DNA of 59,837 nucleotides from a virus. Its lineage: Duplodnaviria > Caudoviricetes. The stretch is taken from IMG/VR virus record IMGVR_UViG_3300035071_000150, positions 1 to 59,837 of that record, one strand, 5' to 3'. The notes under the pieces were generated by a model, which saw only the letters and a list, made by a program, of their open reading frames with translations, ran no database searches and had not been told where the DNA came from. Shown here piece after piece: positions 1 through 8,347 of the stretch. The translations under genes were made by a program, and so were the position numbers. The first letter of the stretch is position 1. Each line of letters begins with the position of its first letter.

Positions 1-342
1 TCACGGCGGCGGTCGCGGACTCATGATGATTAGGCCTGGCAGCCCGCTCGCGTCTCGCACAGGGCGTTTCTCCGGCGGGAAGTGGCCGCCAGGGTCGTTA
101 ATCCAAACGCGGGCAATCCCGACTCGCTCCGCATAAGCGAGCGCTTGAAGAAGGGCGTCGGCGGCCGACAACGGTCGCGGAAAAGCCTCGGGATCGGGCG
201 TCGCGCCGAATGTGCTGACGCTGACCGTGGCAAGAACCGGCGTTTCGGCGTCCGGGTCATAGCGCACATGCACCTCAACCACGGGCCCGAACGGCAAGGC
301 GCTGCGATGCTCGACGATTCGCGGTATGAGGAAACACCCCAC
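1..342 (-). CDS. Hypothetical protein, possibly outside the prophage
   Basis: 113-aa ORF ending exactly at window base 1; no recognised motif; start uncertain. Confidence 0.45.
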   Translation of the reverse strand: MGCFLIPRIVEHRSALPFGPVVEVHVRYDPDAETPVLATVSVSTFGATPDPEAFPRPLSAADALLQALAYAERVGIARVWINDPGGHFPPEKRPVRDASGLPGLIIMSPRPPP

Positions 343-1069
343 AGGCCGCCGTTGGTTCGATTGCCCGTCGTTTCTTCGAATTTCTGCTTACCGAGTGCTG
401 ACCGGAGCCCGGCATTTACTGAGGCGTCTCTCAAGCCTCGCGTCTATGTGTTTGAAATCCCTGGCTCCCCGAGTAGGTTTGAAACAACGCTTTAAAAGCG
501 CGGCGGACACGGAAGGTGCGGGATCGTCAAGCCCCATTGAGCGCAAACGGCCTTCTTCAGCGGTCCCCGCACCTTTCGATGCGGAGCCGCCCCTGACGGA
601 GCGGGAGATTCTTGCTATTGACCTCATTGACCCGTTCCGGGCTCCAGCGGGGTTCCCCGATGTTGCTCATTGTCGGCTGGCGCTTTCGAGGCTTGGACGA
701 TGGCCACTTGATGGATCCTCGATCAGAGAACTCCGCGCATGGTTGCGCGGCGTCCCTATGTCGGATCCAGAGCGCGTCCGATCGCGGGATGGCGTCATCT
801 ATTTTGTGGGATACGACAACTACGTCAAAATCGGGTTTTCAACGAACCCAAAAACGCGAGTTGATGACCTCCAAACTGGAGCGCCGAAGCCGCTCAAGAC
901 CTATCTGATTTTGAAGGGAACGCTTGAGGATGAGCGCCGCCACCACGAGATGTTTGCGGCGCATCGGCTTAACGGTGAGTGGTTCCGCTACTCTGACGAG
1001 ATCAAGAAATTCGTGTGGGACAATCGGCCCCGCTCTCCGAGTCGGCCGCCTCGTCGCCTCTCGGTGTAA
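326..1069 (+). CDS. GIY-YIG superfamily (T5orf172/MUG113-like) nuclease; real start likely downstream of 483
   Basis: GVIYFVG..YVKIGFS.NP..RV.DLQTG...E...H..F...RLNGEWF signature; in-frame ATG at 758. Confidence 0.8.
   Translation: MRKHPTGRRWFDCPSFLRISAYRVLTGARHLLRRLSSLASMCLKSLAPRVGLKQRFKSAADTEGAGSSSPIERKRPSSAVPAPFDAEPPLTEREILAIDLIDPFRAPAGFPDVAHCRLALSRLGRWPLDGSSIRELRAWLRGVPMSDPERVRSRDGVIYFVGYDNYVKIGFSTNPKTRVDDLQTGAPKPLKTYLILKGTLEDERRHHEMFAAHRLNGEWFRYSDEIKKFVWDNRPRSPSRPPRRLSV
462..483 (-). other. Putative att core: 3' fragment of a tRNA (Asn-like)
   Basis: Minus strand reads TTCAAACCTACTCGGGGAGCCA, resembling a T-loop/T-stem, acceptor stem and CCA, with no 5' tRNA half. Confidence 0.5.
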
Positions 1070-1098
1070 ACGAGTTTACCATACACAAAGCTCGTTTA
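1067..1098. promoter_or_regulatory. Inverted repeat (terminator or operator) upstream of the + strand operon
   Basis: TAAACGAG (1067-1074) / CTCGTTTA (1091-1098), starting at the nuclease stop codon. Confidence 0.4.
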
Positions 1099-1211
1099 AA
1101 ATCAGGCAAGAACGCTACGTTTGGAACAGGAACATACCGGCGACATCCGCACATTAAAGCACCAAGCGCGCACCAACATGGCCAAGACTCAACCAACTAG
1201 GAGGACTGAAA

Positions 1212-1556
1212 ATGGCTTACGAAAATATGAAAGCTGGGCTTGGTGCAAGCTTTCAAGGAATGGCGTGCCAGAACGAAGCATCCGCCCAAAAGCGCAACAC
1301 CATCGAAGACCAGATGCGGAATTTGAACGAGCTAGTTCAACGCATTGACCGCATTAAGGCGAACGTGCGCGGCGTTTCGGACATTATCTGCGGAGTATCT
1401 AGCACGCCTCCAGAAGGCAAGATGGAAAATGCGGCAGTCGCGCCGGGGCATATCCTCTATCGGCTTTCCGACACGATCAAGGACGGCATGATGGTGGTTG
1501 ATGGGATCGACCGGGAGCTTGCGCACATTCGTTCCGCGCTCTCTGACGACGCCTAA
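1212..1556 (+). CDS. Hypothetical coiled-coil protein
   Basis: Strong RBS (AGGAGG) before ATG; 114 aa. Confidence 0.75.
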   Translation: MAYENMKAGLGASFQGMACQNEASAQKRNTIEDQMRNLNELVQRIDRIKANVRGVSDIICGVSSTPPEGKMENAAVAPGHILYRLSDTIKDGMMVVDGIDRELAHIRSALSDDA

Positions 1557-1587
1557 CCGCCCCAACCCGTCCACCACACCAAGGAAC

Positions 1588-1824
1588 ATGTCCATGACTA
1601 ATCCCGCGACACAGCGACCCGCGCCTTTGGCGGTTGGGGAATGGCATTGCTACATCTGCCCTAAATGCGGCGCCGGCATTACCGCGGAAGGCGACAGCAA
1701 AACTTGCATCGCCGTCCAGCGCGACGGAGCAACTTGCGGAGCGACCCTCAGCAAAAGCGCTCCAACCCTGATTGAAGCTTTAGCGAAGAACAGACGCCAT
1801 GTCGCCATTAAAGGAGATTGTTGA
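1588..1824 (+). CDS. Small Zn-ribbon-like protein
   Basis: AAGGA RBS; CYICPKC...C...CG motifs. Confidence 0.6.
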   Translation: MSMTNPATQRPAPLAVGEWHCYICPKCGAGITAEGDSKTCIAVQRDGATCGATLSKSAPTLIEALAKNRRHVAIKGDC

Positions 1825-2045
1825 TGCGGAATCCTAACAAGGTGAAAGTGGAAGGGCTATCCGCTTGTTGATGTTGCGAGGGCACGGGAAAAGCCTTCAA
1901 CGCGATCGACGCCGAGTGGTCGTGTTGCCTGTATTGTAATGGTTCCGGCCAAAAACGCGAGGCCACCGTTGCCGAACGACAAGAGACCGCTCTCGCCGCT
2001 CTTGGCGTCAAGCCGGAACCGCGCCCCGCCGACGATCAACCATAG
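1824..2045 (+). pseudogene. DnaJ-type CxxCxGxG zinc-finger mini-gene with in-frame TGA
   Basis: AAGGAG RBS, TGATG coupling; translation MRNPNKVKVEGLSAC*CCEGTG...CLYCNGSG...DDQP*; TGA at 1869-1871. Confidence 0.6.
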
Positions 2046-2053
2046 GAAATGGG

Positions 2054-2284
2054 ATGATGGATGTCGAATCTGTCGAGAAGCTCGCAACCGCCGTGTGGCA
2101 AGTTCTCGACGACATGGGTAAGGATGGACAGTCGTGCTGCTTGGGCGCCAAGGCGCAACTCCGCGTGGCGTTCGAACCGTTCATGCAAGCTGGGATTAGC
2201 GCCGACCCGAGTTTAGCTGATGGCTGGCCACCAGACTACACATTTGAGGAAGCAGCCGCGCTGTTGAAGGAGATTGAAAGATGA
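2054..2284 (+). CDS. Hypothetical protein
   Basis: 76 aa; ATGA overlap with the next gene. Confidence 0.65.
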   Translation: MMDVESVEKLATAVWQVLDDMGKDGQSCCLGAKAQLRVAFEPFMQAGISADPSLADGWPPDYTFEEAAALLKEIER

Positions 2285-2874
2285 CCGCAGCCTACCCGCT
2301 CGCTTGGCCAGAAGGTTGGCCCCGCACGTCTTGGGACAGGCGCCAGAATGGCTCGCGGTTCCAGACGACCTTTGATCGCGCTCGGCGGGAATTGCTTGCC
2401 GAGTTGCAACGGCTCGGCGCCCGCAACGTCGTCATTTCCTCGTGGCTCCCCTTGCGCGCCGATGGAGCCCCGCGCGCCGATGCCGCCAGGAGGGTTATAG
2501 AAGACCCTGGCGTCGCCGTCTATTTCACCCGCGGGGATCGGCAGATCGTCATGGCGCGGGACGCCTATACGAGCATTCACGACAACCTCCGCTCGATTGG
2601 CTTGGCCGTCCAGCATTTGCGCGGGTTGGAGCGTCACGGCGGCGCGGCGATGATGGACCGGGCGTTCTCTGGGTTCGCGGCGCTTGAGGCGCCAAAGCGC
2701 GAGCGCCATTGGTCCGAGGTTCTTGGGGTCGACCTAGATAGCGAGGATTGGATGATCGACGCCGCCTATCGACACCGCGCGAAGACGGCGCATCCTGACG
2801 CGGGCGGCTCGGTTGAGTTGATGGCCGAACTGAACGCCGCGCGCGAGCAAGCGATGAAGGGATTGAACCGATGA
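2281..2874 (+). CDS. Phage J-domain protein (DnaJ-like C-terminal J domain)
   Basis: N-terminal AYPL.WPEGWPRT motif typical of phage J proteins; C-terminal AAYRHRAKTAHPDAGG...LNAA with HPD. Confidence 0.88.
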   Translation: MTAAYPLAWPEGWPRTSWDRRQNGSRFQTTFDRARRELLAELQRLGARNVVISSWLPLRADGAPRADAARRVIEDPGVAVYFTRGDRQIVMARDAYTSIHDNLRSIGLAVQHLRGLERHGGAAMMDRAFSGFAALEAPKRERHWSEVLGVDLDSEDWMIDAAYRHRAKTAHPDAGGSVELMAELNAAREQAMKGLNR

Positions 2875-3581
2875 CCGATGAACAAACGAAAGACGCCGAG
2901 GCGATCGCGGCGCTTGATGCGTTCTATGCCCCATCGGAAACGCACAAGGGCAGGCCGCTTCTTGTTAAATTCATGCGCAAGGCGATCGACGCCGCATCCG
3001 CATTCCGCCGCGCGCAACCCGCATCCGGGCTCGCCGATGACGCGAGGAAGATCGCGGAGGTGTTGAAGGTCTATTCAGAGAATTATTGTGAGGGCTGGTG
3101 CGGCCATGGTGGAAACTTTGACGATTGTGGAGGGTGCAATGCCCGCGCCGCTCTTCCCCTCGCCGAATCCCTGCCGGGGAAGATCGCGGCGCTGGAGGGG
3201 GCTGCATTCCCTCCCGATATGTTCGATCCGGCGAAGCGCGCCAAGGAGTCCTACAAGGATTTGTGGGAAGCCGCGACAGAACTAGCCGCCGAAGATCACA
3301 AGGAGCATTGTCGGCTGATGCGCGAAATCGAATCCCAACTCGCCGAGCGCGACGCTGTGACGACCGGCTTCCAATTAGGGTTAGAGGCTATCGCTGGCGG
3401 GGATGGCGACGCACAGGAAATCGCGCGGCAAACGCTCGACAACCCGCTGGCTGTTGGCGCCGCCCTCTCCCCGCCCATCGCCGCCAAGCAAGACGAGCCG
3501 ACAGATCACGAAGCGGCCGGGGCCATGCTCTATCGCGGTCACCATGAGGCGCGGACGAATAATGGAGGCGACGATGAGTGA
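2871..3581 (+). CDS. Hypothetical (ea-region-like mosaic) protein
   Basis: Translationally coupled; CEGWC...CGGC cluster. Confidence 0.65.
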   Translation: MTDEQTKDAEAIAALDAFYAPSETHKGRPLLVKFMRKAIDAASAFRRAQPASGLADDARKIAEVLKVYSENYCEGWCGHGGNFDDCGGCNARAALPLAESLPGKIAALEGAAFPPDMFDPAKRAKESYKDLWEAATELAAEDHKEHCRLMREIESQLAERDAVTTGFQLGLEAIAGGDGDAQEIARQTLDNPLAVGAALSPPIAAKQDEPTDHEAAGAMLYRGHHEARTNNGGDDE

Positions 3582-3825
3582 CCAGTCGCCACACGAGAGG
3601 CTTGCCGAATTGGAGAGAGAGACTGCACGGCTGCGACGAGTGATCGCCTACCGCTCGTGCGCCGAGGGCCATACATGGGTCTGTGAAGGTGGTGCTAATG
3701 CGGGATGCGGTGATGATTGCGCATGCTCTGTTCCCGTCTATCGATGCAGCGTGTGCGAGGTCTACGATTACGGAGATAACCAAGAAGCCTTTGACATTCT
3801 AGCATCATGCAAGGAACAACGCTAA
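3574..3825 (+). CDS. Cys-rich hypothetical protein
   Basis: GGAGG RBS; C..GHTW...GC...CACSVPV..CSVC. Confidence 0.7.
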   Translation: MSDQSPHERLAELERETARLRRVIAYRSCAEGHTWVCEGGANAGCGDDCACSVPVYRCSVCEVYDYGDNQEAFDILASCKEQR

Positions 3826-4283
3826 TGACCGCTGACACGAAACCCGTACTCGACAGGCTGCGCGACAGGCTGCGCGACAGCCTGATTTACGAAGGAAAGA
3901 TCGAAGAAGACTATATGCGCGGCCTAGAAGATGCGGTAGCGGCCGCGCTCGCCGCGCTCGCGCGTCCCCAGCCGGTCGCGGTGGAATCGGGTGAGCCGAG
4001 CGACGCGGAACTTGTCTCGAAGATCGCTGTCGTTCTAGCGCATCAAATGGGCTACACAGGCAACAATTACGATGGCCCGTTTGGGAATCGTGCCCGGCAA
4101 ATTCTAGCCGTCGTCGACCTCGCGCCCCGCGAAGCGGCGGCATATGCGCGTGGGATCGAGGATGCGGCGAAGGTCATTGACAGAGAAACGGGCATGGCGA
4201 TTTCTCCTCAAGCTGCGGCGTGGCTCATTCGCGACATGCTCCCCAAAGAGCCCGCGACCGAGAAACCCAATGCTGACCGATGA
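3825..4283 (+). CDS. Hypothetical protein
   Basis: TAATG coupling; AYARGIEDAAKV motif common in phage accessory ORFs. Confidence 0.65.
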   Translation: MTADTKPVLDRLRDRLRDSLIYEGKIEEDYMRGLEDAVAAALAALARPQPVAVESGEPSDAELVSKIAVVLAHQMGYTGNNYDGPFGNRARQILAVVDLAPREAAAYARGIEDAAKVIDRETGMAISPQAAAWLIRDMLPKEPATEKPNADR

Positions 4284-4503
4284 GCAAATCTTAAAGAAAC
4301 TCGACGCAGAGCGCCAAGACACGATTTGTGAGAGATGCGGCCGCCCCGTTGATCGACTTACCGTTCATCGAGACGAGGAGCGCATGTCGTGGGTAACGAC
4401 AATATTTTGCCACGGGGAGAAAGAGATAGCAAATAGCGGCCGCGCATTTGCTAATTCCAGGAAGCCCGCGACCAAGGATGCGCGGGAGAAGGAGGAAGGG
4501 TGA
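4270..4503 (+). CDS. Small Zn-binding hypothetical protein
   Basis: CERC...CHG motif; overlaps the upstream stop. Confidence 0.55.
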   Translation: MLTDEQILKKLDAERQDTICERCGRPVDRLTVHRDEERMSWVTTIFCHGEKEIANSGRAFANSRKPATKDAREKEEG

Positions 4504-4627
4504 TGGAAGGATGGACAGTATTCGGCGCTCTTTGCGTTGGCTATGGCATAGGTTTTTGGACTGGCCATATTTTCGGGCAAAGCGCGGGAATCAAATGGTG
4601 CATGGATCACGAGAATGAGGAAGAGTG

Positions 4628-4804
4628 ATGGGGCTGGTATTGAAAATATCTGACCATAAGCGACGGAAACGCAAGCAGCGCCACGAACGTATGTTATCGT
4701 GGGCATACTCGCTTTACCAGCGCGACCCGAAGGCATTTGAGCGTCTGATCCGCGAATTGCACGCCAAGCATAAGAAGGTCGAATCGGTCACTGACGCCTC
4801 GTGA
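4628..4804 (+). CDS. Small basic protein (58 aa; not in ORF track)
   Basis: GAGG RBS; MGLVLKISDHKRRKRKQRHERMLSWAYSLY... Confidence 0.45.
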   Translation: MGLVLKISDHKRRKRKQRHERMLSWAYSLYQRDPKAFERLIRELHAKHKKVESVTDAS

Positions 4805-4819
4805 TTTTCTCCCAATTCA

Positions 4820-5080
4820 TCACGGGCCGGCGTCGTCACTTTCCGATAGGCGAATCCTTCGATCCCGAAGGAACCGATGGACGCTAAACGCTATCTGAAT
4901 AAGCACCCAAAGCAAGCTCGCCGTTTGCAGGATGATCGGCAAATTGCTTGTGTAATCGTTCAAGAGCGTGGACGTTATGAGTCCGAGCGTGGCGGCGACG
5001 GCGCCTACTCTTTCGGTCGTCGTATCGAGGAAGCACTGGCCAAACGCGGCCAGCGTGCTGTGACATTCGGTCGTCGGCAT
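4820..5080 (-). CDS. Putative holin
   Basis: 86 aa with two hydrophobic segments and a basic C-terminal tail; last gene of the late operon. Confidence 0.55.
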   Translation of the reverse strand: MPTTECHSTLAAFGQCFLDTTTERVGAVAATLGLITSTLLNDYTSNLPIILQTASLLWVLIQIAFSVHRFLRDRRIRLSESDDAGP

Positions 5081-5106
5081 TCCCGCGCTCCCGCCCTGTG
5101 TTGGAT

Positions 5107-5412
5107 TTAAGCCTTGGGGGCGTTCGAAGCGGAGCCGTAATTCGCCGCGATGCGATCCGCGAGCCAGCGAACCGGCGACCACGGCGAGCCCGGAGCGGCC
5201 TGCGGGATGCGGGTCAAGGCGTGCGCGAAATAGAATAGCGCCGCGACGAACGGGGCCGATGCGGCATAGGCGGCGGTAGCGGCGTTCCACGCGGCGACAA
5301 TGGCCACCCATGCGGTTTGCCATGCGGTCAGCGCGGATTGCGCCTGTGCGATGCTGGGGATGACGACGGGGGCGGCGGTAACGGCATCCGAGACGAGAGT
5401 GATCATGGTCAT
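5107..5412 (-). CDS. Small membrane protein (lysis region)
   Basis: Ala/Trp-rich hydrophobic helices; LADRIAANYG motif. Confidence 0.65.
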   Translation of the reverse strand: MTMITLVSDAVTAAPVVIPSIAQAQSALTAWQTAWVAIVAAWNAATAAYAASAPFVAALFYFAHALTRIPQAAPGSPWSPVRWLADRIAANYGSASNAPKA

Positions 5413-5927
5413 TTCCTTGTTTGCATGGGATGAACAATCGCGGCGGGATGCGCCGAAAGCATCAGGAGAAGATCGCGCGGGGTGATTTCATGGGCAGGCT
5501 CGGAAAGCCTGTATTTGAACGTCCGGCTCTCGCGAAGCGACAACGCTACGAGCATGGAGCAGATCATCCCACCGGGACGGCGCCAATTTAGATGCAGCGC
5601 CTCGCCATAGATCGCGTCCCAATCGTATGGACGGCCGACGCGGCTTCGCAAATACGCTTCCCACCGCTTGAGATCGTCCGGTGGCATCAGCACGTCGACG
5701 AAGATTTGGCTCGTCGAGGTGGTGTCGTAATCACCTGGAACATTGCGGACGCCATCGCTGAGCGCGGCGATGATCGACCCGTCCTGCAGGATGCATTCAG
5801 CGTGGCTGACCTGTCCCATGGTCCGCCATCGAATCAATCGCCCGAACAGGCTGTCGTCTTGCGTGGTGAATCGGATGCGGGCATATCCCGGCTGGGGGCA
5901 CGGAACGGGGAGGGGCGGGCTGGTCAA
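5409..5927 (-). CDS. Permuted papain-like amidase (YiiX/YaeF, NlpC/P60-related)
   Basis: SHAE (His) precedes GRPYD and ICSMLV (Cys), the permuted catalytic order. Confidence 0.82.
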   Translation of the reverse strand: MTSPPLPVPCPQPGYARIRFTTQDDSLFGRLIRWRTMGQVSHAECILQDGSIIAALSDGVRNVPGDYDTTSTSQIFVDVLMPPDDLKRWEAYLRSRVGRPYDWDAIYGEALHLNWRRPGGMICSMLVALSLRESRTFKYRLSEPAHEITPRDLLLMLSAHPAAIVHPMQTRK

Positions 5928-6059
5928 TCACCTTCTCCTTGAAAATTTCGAGGACGAAATTGAGCAGCACCGGGGCGACGGCTTGAGCCATCGGGGAAGC
6001 GGATAACCCCCCGGCGATTAATCCGACAACCGCGATGCTGCTCATGATTTTAGCCCCAA

Positions 6060-6425
6060 TCAGCCGGCGACGATGGCCCAGCCCTGCGCGACATAGAGCG
6101 GCGCGACGGTCGGGTTCGCCTGATACCAGGAGACCGTCATCGTCTTGGCGACGGCGTTGAGGCCGGCGGTGGTCGAAGCCGGAGGGGTCGTCGTGGCGCC
6201 GGCCACCGGGCCGCCAGTGACGGGATGGATCAGGTTGGTGATGCCGAGCGGGTCAAGCGCTTTCAACACGTCGGGATGCTGCAACGAGGCGAGAACCGCG
6301 CTGCCCGCCGCGCCGATCGCGACGTTCTGGACGACCTGTCCGACGATAGCCGAGGCGGTCGTGGACGAATTGGCTCCAATCAAGGAGCCGATGCCGCTCG
6401 TGAGAGCGGAAACAACGTCAACCAT
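6060..6425 (-). CDS. Gly/Ala-rich hydrophobic protein
   Basis: GGAG RBS; 121 aa. Confidence 0.65.
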   Translation of the reverse strand: MVDVVSALTSGIGSLIGANSSTTASAIVGQVVQNVAIGAAGSAVLASLQHPDVLKALDPLGITNLIHPVTGGPVAGATTTPPASTTAGLNAVAKTMTVSWYQANPTVAPLYVAQGWAIVAG

Positions 6426-6520
6426 TCATGTTCTCCAGTGATTGCCCGAACCGGGAGATGCGCCGCCAGTTCGGGCCTTCTGCGGCGCGCGATACCGCCG
6501 GCTTGCGCGGGCGGAATGGG

Positions 6521-6751
6521 TTACGCCGTGGGCGCGGGCGCGGCCGGAATCGCGGTCGGGACGATCCCCTTATAGGCGGAGATTTGCGCCGCGATGGTCG
6601 TGCGCTGGCCCGCGATGGTATCCTGCAAATCAGCCAGCGCGGCGTCATCCGCCTGCAAGGCGGCGAGCGTCGTGGTGGCGGTTTGCGTGTAGCCGGCGAC
6701 CGTCGAAGTTACTTCCGCCTTCAGGGCGGCTACGTCGTCTGTGAATGCCAT
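6521..6751 (-). CDS. Ala-rich coiled-coil small protein
   Basis: GGAG RBS before MAFTDDVAALKAEV. Confidence 0.65.
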   Translation of the reverse strand: MAFTDDVAALKAEVTSTVAGYTQTATTTLAALQADDAALADLQDTIAGQRTTIAAQISAYKGIVPTAIPAAPAPTA

Positions 6752-6791
6752 GTGATTTTCTCCAGTTGTGAGCCCGATGGCGATGGGTGAA

Positions 6792-7079
6792 TTATTCGAC
6801 GACAGCCCAATCTTCGGACAGCATGTCGGATTGCGAAGCGAGCCAGCCCATGAGGATCGCGCCATCGGCTGTCTTCATGGTGATAGCCGGGAGGACAACC
6901 GCTCCGCCGCCGTTCTCCTTGGCGTAAATGGCGTTGTTTTCGGACCAGAACTGATCCCACTTGATGACGCGGCCGTCCAATGGGCCGCTCAAAGACAACC
7001 ACATGCCTTTGCCGTTCCAACCGGCGCGGGCCACGCGCTTGCCGTCTTTCAACGCCCGGATTGCGTCTCCGAAGTCCAT
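6792..7079 (-). CDS. DUF2829 / Tad2-like putative nucleotide-signal sponge
   Basis: MDFGDAIRALKDGKRVARAGWNGKGMW...GWLASQSDMLSEDW hallmark. Confidence 0.88.
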   Translation of the reverse strand: MDFGDAIRALKDGKRVARAGWNGKGMWLSLSGPLDGRVIKWDQFWSENNAIYAKENGGGAVVLPAITMKTADGAILMGWLASQSDMLSEDWAVVE

Positions 7080-7119
7080 CACATATTCTCCATTTTGCCG
7101 CGAACCGCGCGGCGCGGAT

Positions 7120-7428
7120 TTAACCGGCGAGCTTGCTGCGAAGCAGATAGCCTTCGAGCGCCCAAATTTTGTTGCGGGCATTGTCGCGCGCGATCTTGCG
7201 GCCAATGCCTTCGTCGAAATTCTCGGGAGATGCGGCGGCGCTTTCTCCGGTGACGTGATAGCCGTTGCGCAGCGTGAGAGCGCAAATCGTCAGTGTCGTT
7301 CCGGGGAAAACGTGATAGACTTCGCCAACAATCGTGGCGTCGATATCGAACGGAGTCAGACGCGGGGCAGTCTTTCCCTTGTTCACGATTTCCTGTTCGA
7401 TTTCGCCTTCTGTGATCGCTCCAACCAT
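7120..7428 (-). CDS. Phage Gp49/Gp66-family protein (candidate Acb4-like sponge)
   Basis: T.C.L.LRNG..VTGESAAASPENFD..IG.KIA..NA..KIW.LEGYLL hallmark of the N4 gp49/Sf6 gp66 family. Confidence 0.8.
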   Translation of the reverse strand: MVGAITEGEIEQEIVNKGKTAPRLTPFDIDATIVGEVYHVFPGTTLTICALTLRNGYHVTGESAAASPENFDEGIGRKIARDNARNKIWALEGYLLRSKLAG

Positions 7429-7473
7429 GGTCGTTCTTCCTCTACGGGATTGCGCGGAACCGCCGCGCGCGGA

Positions 7474-7635
7474 TTAGTTCACGCCACACGCGAAATGCGA
7501 CCGCTCGCAATTGCCAGCGGCGCAGCCCGACAACACGAGGAACGCGCCGCCAATGGCCATGATCGCGATGATGGTGTAGAGAAGCGGGGTCGGGTCTCTA
7601 CTTGGCATGGAGCCGCGCCAAATCTTCGTGCGCAT
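7474..7635 (-). CDS. Micro-lipoprotein (53 aa; not in ORF track)
   Basis: ...LLYTIIAIMAIGGAFLVLSG-CAAGNCERSHFACGVN*; lipobox LSGC; coupled to the upstream gene. Confidence 0.55.
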   Translation of the reverse strand: MRTKIWRGSMPSRDPTPLLYTIIAIMAIGGAFLVLSGCAAGNCERSHFACGVN

Positions 7636-7880
7636 CAATTATCGCCCCTCGTTCCCCCGGTTGGGATGGCGCCGTTAGGCGTGATTCCGGTCGCCCCGCA
7701 TGTGTTCGGACTGCCGACGAAATATGGCGCGGGCAGAGTTTGCCAATCCGGGTAGACGGGTTGCGGCGCGGGAACATACGGAGCCGGTTTCGCCGCAACC
7801 TTCTCGCATTCAGAGCAAGAGATCACTTGCGGCGCCCAGCAGCGTCCGCATCCGGGGCATTTCCAACCTTCGCGCATCAT
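7635..7880 (-). CDS. Zn-ribbon small protein
   Basis: GWKCPGCGRCWAP....CSEC. Confidence 0.65.
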   Translation of the reverse strand: MMREGWKCPGCGRCWAPQVISCSECEKVAAKPAPYVPAPQPVYPDWQTLPAPYFVGSPNTCGATGITPNGAIPTGGTRGDN

Positions 7881-8182
7881 CTCCCCTCTCGCCAAGCACG
7901 AAACGTATTCGCGCGCACGTCAGGATCGACCGTTTCGAGATAGGCGTCGCGCGTCGCCGCGTTGACCGGCGCGCACGTGAACCTTTTCGATCCGTCCGTC
8001 CATGTGCGGATCGTGTCCTCACAAACGTCTTTCAGCATGAGCGCCTTCGTGGCGCATGGCGTGGACCATTCCGAGTCGCAAAAGGCGTAAAGATCACCGG
8101 CTGGTTGCGCGTGCGCCCGCGTCGAATAGATCGCTGCGAGGTAGAGGCCAATCAGCGTGGCGGCGAAAATGGCGAAACGCAT
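7877..8182 (-). CDS. Small exported Cys-containing protein
   Basis: Signal peptide MRFAIFAATLIGLYLAAIYSTRAHA; four Cys in the mature part. Confidence 0.65.
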   Translation of the reverse strand: MRFAIFAATLIGLYLAAIYSTRAHAQPAGDLYAFCDSEWSTPCATKALMLKDVCEDTIRTWTDGSKRFTCAPVNAATRDAYLETVDPDVRANTFRAWREGR

Positions 8183-8185
8183 GTC

Positions 8186-8347
8186 TTAGACTCCCGTGGA
8201 TTTGATGCGCGTCTTATGCTCGCCTTGGACTTCTCCACAGACGCAGCATTTGAACCCAACCCACGGGTTGCCATCACGCCAACGGGTCTCTACCGTTCCG
8301 CAGTTCCATCCGAGCCAATGCGAAATCCTATGAATCAGCTTACGCAT
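8186..8347 (-). CDS. Small hypothetical protein (53 aa; not in ORF track)
   Basis: MRKLIHRISHWLGWNCG...GFKCCVCGE; fills the gap and overlaps the endolysin stop. Confidence 0.55.
   Translation of the reverse strand: MRKLIHRISHWLGWNCGTVETRWRDGNPWVGFKCCVCGEVQGEHKTRIKSTGV

Noticed and set aside
462-483. Intact tRNA gene
   Set aside because: Only a 3' fragment is present; no D arm or anticodon arm.
1105-1140. Alphaproteobacterial LexA box
   Set aside because: The GAAC copies are not spaced as GAAC-N7-GAAC.
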